Assembly: GCA_012026655.1 (NCBI GenBank)
Contig: JAAILG010001131.1
Coordinates: 1 to 64,000 of the forward strand
DNA: 64,000 nucleotides
Source: Hydrolagus affinis
Taxonomy: Eukaryota
Reading direction: 5' to 3'
The notes under the pieces were generated by a model that saw only the letters and a list, made by a program, of their open reading frames with translations, did no database searches and was not told the origin of the DNA. A program made the position numbers and the translations under genes. Below, piece after piece: positions 62,001 through 64,000 of the stretch (positions are counted from its first letter, which is position 1; every line of letters begins with the position of its first letter).

Positions 62001-63087
62001 TAGCTTGCCATGGTTACACTGGTTTATTCTGGCAAGCGTTCAATCCGACTACAGTCCTTTGAATCCATTGATTTTATGTTTATGGAAAAACTTTTTTGTT
62101 TGAGGATGTAAGCAATGTATCAAAGCAATTTGTTGAAACTATTACATGTTTACGTTTGCCCTTTACTTAACGCGTTGTAAACGTTTGATTTGGCAGCATC
62201 GTACAGAAGGCATCTTGTGAGCAAATAGTTGTGGCATTCTGTATAGTGTTCAAAAGGTTTCCAAGTAATGTTTCTGGAATTTCAGTGGTGGGAGAAGCAA
62301 ATCATGTTGAGAGTAAGAGTGTGTAATTTATGTAGTTTTGTACCCGGAATAATAAATTTGATCGTGTGATAAACATTGTGGTCTAATAACTGTATATTCT
62401 GCAGTCATTTTGTTTACATATTATATATGGAGTTAAATACACAATTTATCCTACACATGAGCTGAACTGAATAACATTTTGCTATATATTTCCTCTCTCC
62501 CCAGTTAGGGATCAATTGTGGTTAGGTCACCACTGGTGTGTTTTTGTAATTGAATCTTTTTAGGGGTACTTATCATTGGATAATTGGTTGGGCAGAAGGT
62601 TGCTTTGTGAGTGTGTATTTCTGTGTGAGGGTTTTGGGTTACATGAGAATATATATAATCCCAAATTAGCATCGCAGTTCATCTTGCTGTGTCTCCTCTG
62701 GTTTAGATTTTTGACTGTTTTAAACATAATACGGTTAATAAATTTATTCTCCCTTAATTTTTCTAATGAATGTGCTATTTTATTATTTGGGATGTGTATT
62801 GTTTTATAGGAATGGGAATAATCTCTCATCTGCAGTCTCAGCCAAACCTATTATGTATTAACCAAGGATATAGATGAATTCATTTAATGGTTATTGAATA
62901 GTTAGTAGAAACTCAGGGGACTGGTATTTTTCTTTCTCTCACCAACCAAAGCTTGGAGTTGATGAGGCCAATGGTCATCACAATCCTAGCTGAGAATGTC
63001 CTGCCAGAACAGATGTTTCTAGTTTATAAAGCTCATTATTAAATCAAATGGCACATTTATACACCATGCTTATGGTACATTTATAAA

Positions 63088-63262
63088 TAGATTGGTCATT
63101 TCAATCCACGACTGTTTGTGGGACACTCTTGTGCGCAATTGGCTGCAGTGTTTCACCCACAAATATACAGTCAATTCACTTAATAGTATATTGTGTGAAG
63201 TGCTTTGGGACATCTAGAAAGACGTGAAAAGTGCTATATCAAATACAAGGATTATTATTATT
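63088..63262 (+). mobile_element. 5'-truncated SINE
   Basis: 3' half of the family. Confidence 0.85.
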
Positions 63263-63314
63263 TAATTACATGTTTACAGATTTATTATCATGAGTATGGG
63301 GAGAAATATTATTG

Positions 63315-63520
63315 AGAAACATAGGAACAGGAGTAGGCCATTCAGCCCCTCGAGTCTGTTCCGCCATTCATGGCTGATCTGTACCTCAACTCAAATTATC
63401 CATCTTTGCCCTACATCCCTTGATACAGTGACCTAACAGATATCTATCCACCTCAGTCTTGAAGATGTGAATGCATCTACCATCCACATTCTTTTTGGGG
63501 AGAGAGTTCCAGATTTCCAG
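63315..63520 (-). mobile_element. CR1-type LINE 3' end
   Basis: gaaacataggaacaggagtaggccattcagcccctcgag...gagagttccagatt, resembling the reverse complement of CR1 3' termini. Confidence 0.7.
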
Positions 63521-63687
63521 GGTTGCAAAGGTATTTCACATATACTTTCTGCTGTTAAAATTCAAAATAACAACATATAAATGCAGGAGAAATATTTTAG
63601 TCAAAGGCTGTTAACTTGCATTTTTAAATACAGTAGTGGCATTCCCATAAAACCAAACATTTTGAAGTGGTTTCCAATATAATGCAT

Positions 63688-63797
63688 TACCCACAAATAT
63701 ACAGTCAATTCACTTTACAGTACAGTATACTCTGAAGCACTTTGAGACGTCTAGAAGACGTGAAAAGCGCTATATCAAATGCAAGGATTATTATTAA
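63688..63797 (+). mobile_element. SINE 3' tail
   Basis: cccacaaatatacagtcaattcac...gcaaggattattatt. Confidence 0.85.
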
Positions 63798-64000
63798 TAT
63801 TAGAGATGCAGTGAATGTTGTTACAGTACACATGTAAGCAGGGCAGTTAATCAGCAACAGCCTCATAAGCAGCAATGAGATGAACAGACAATTTATTTGA
63901 TATTTAGGGTTGGAAGGGGGATACAACATAAATTAACCAGGAGACAGACAGAATGACAAGGCAGGTGGAACCCAAAAGTGACAAGATGATCTGGAAATAA

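Noticed and set aside
61380-62320. Coding-like unique stretch upstream of the promoter
   Set aside because: Frames I translated are interrupted and show no recognisable motif; possibly an old transposon, but unsupported without a search.

Overview
Vertebrate genomic DNA, probably a cartilaginous fish. This is inferred from the Deu-type tRNA SINEs and L2/CR1/Penelope-like repeats, not proven. The window holds one complete gene on the minus strand: SPEN (SHARP/MINT). It has 15 coding exons from ATG 57056 to TGA 7247; summed by hand the CDS is 11,832 nt (3,943 aa), with RRM1-4, a 9,076-nt exon 11 and a C-terminal SPOC domain. A CpG-island promoter lies at ~56.8-58.0 kb. Introns and flanks carry SINEs, L2/CR1 fragments, two Tc1/mariner-type MITEs, one hAT MITE and two 100-N gaps. 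Most interesting unexplained signals: (1) a ~120-nt element present twice, in the 3'UTR and in the last intron, with a hairpin showing a compensatory change; (2) a candidate in-frame 21-nt microexon in intron 3 with an upstream UGC motif; (3) a palindromic Penelope-like insertion with two degenerate minimal hammerhead-ribozyme cores; (4) a 27-bp coding tandem repeat (DTVISKPSS) inside exon 11; (5) a GC-AG intron just before the giant exon; (6) a 3-codon uORF ending 3 nt before the SPEN start. All comparisons with human or mouse SPEN are from memory, not from an alignment run here.
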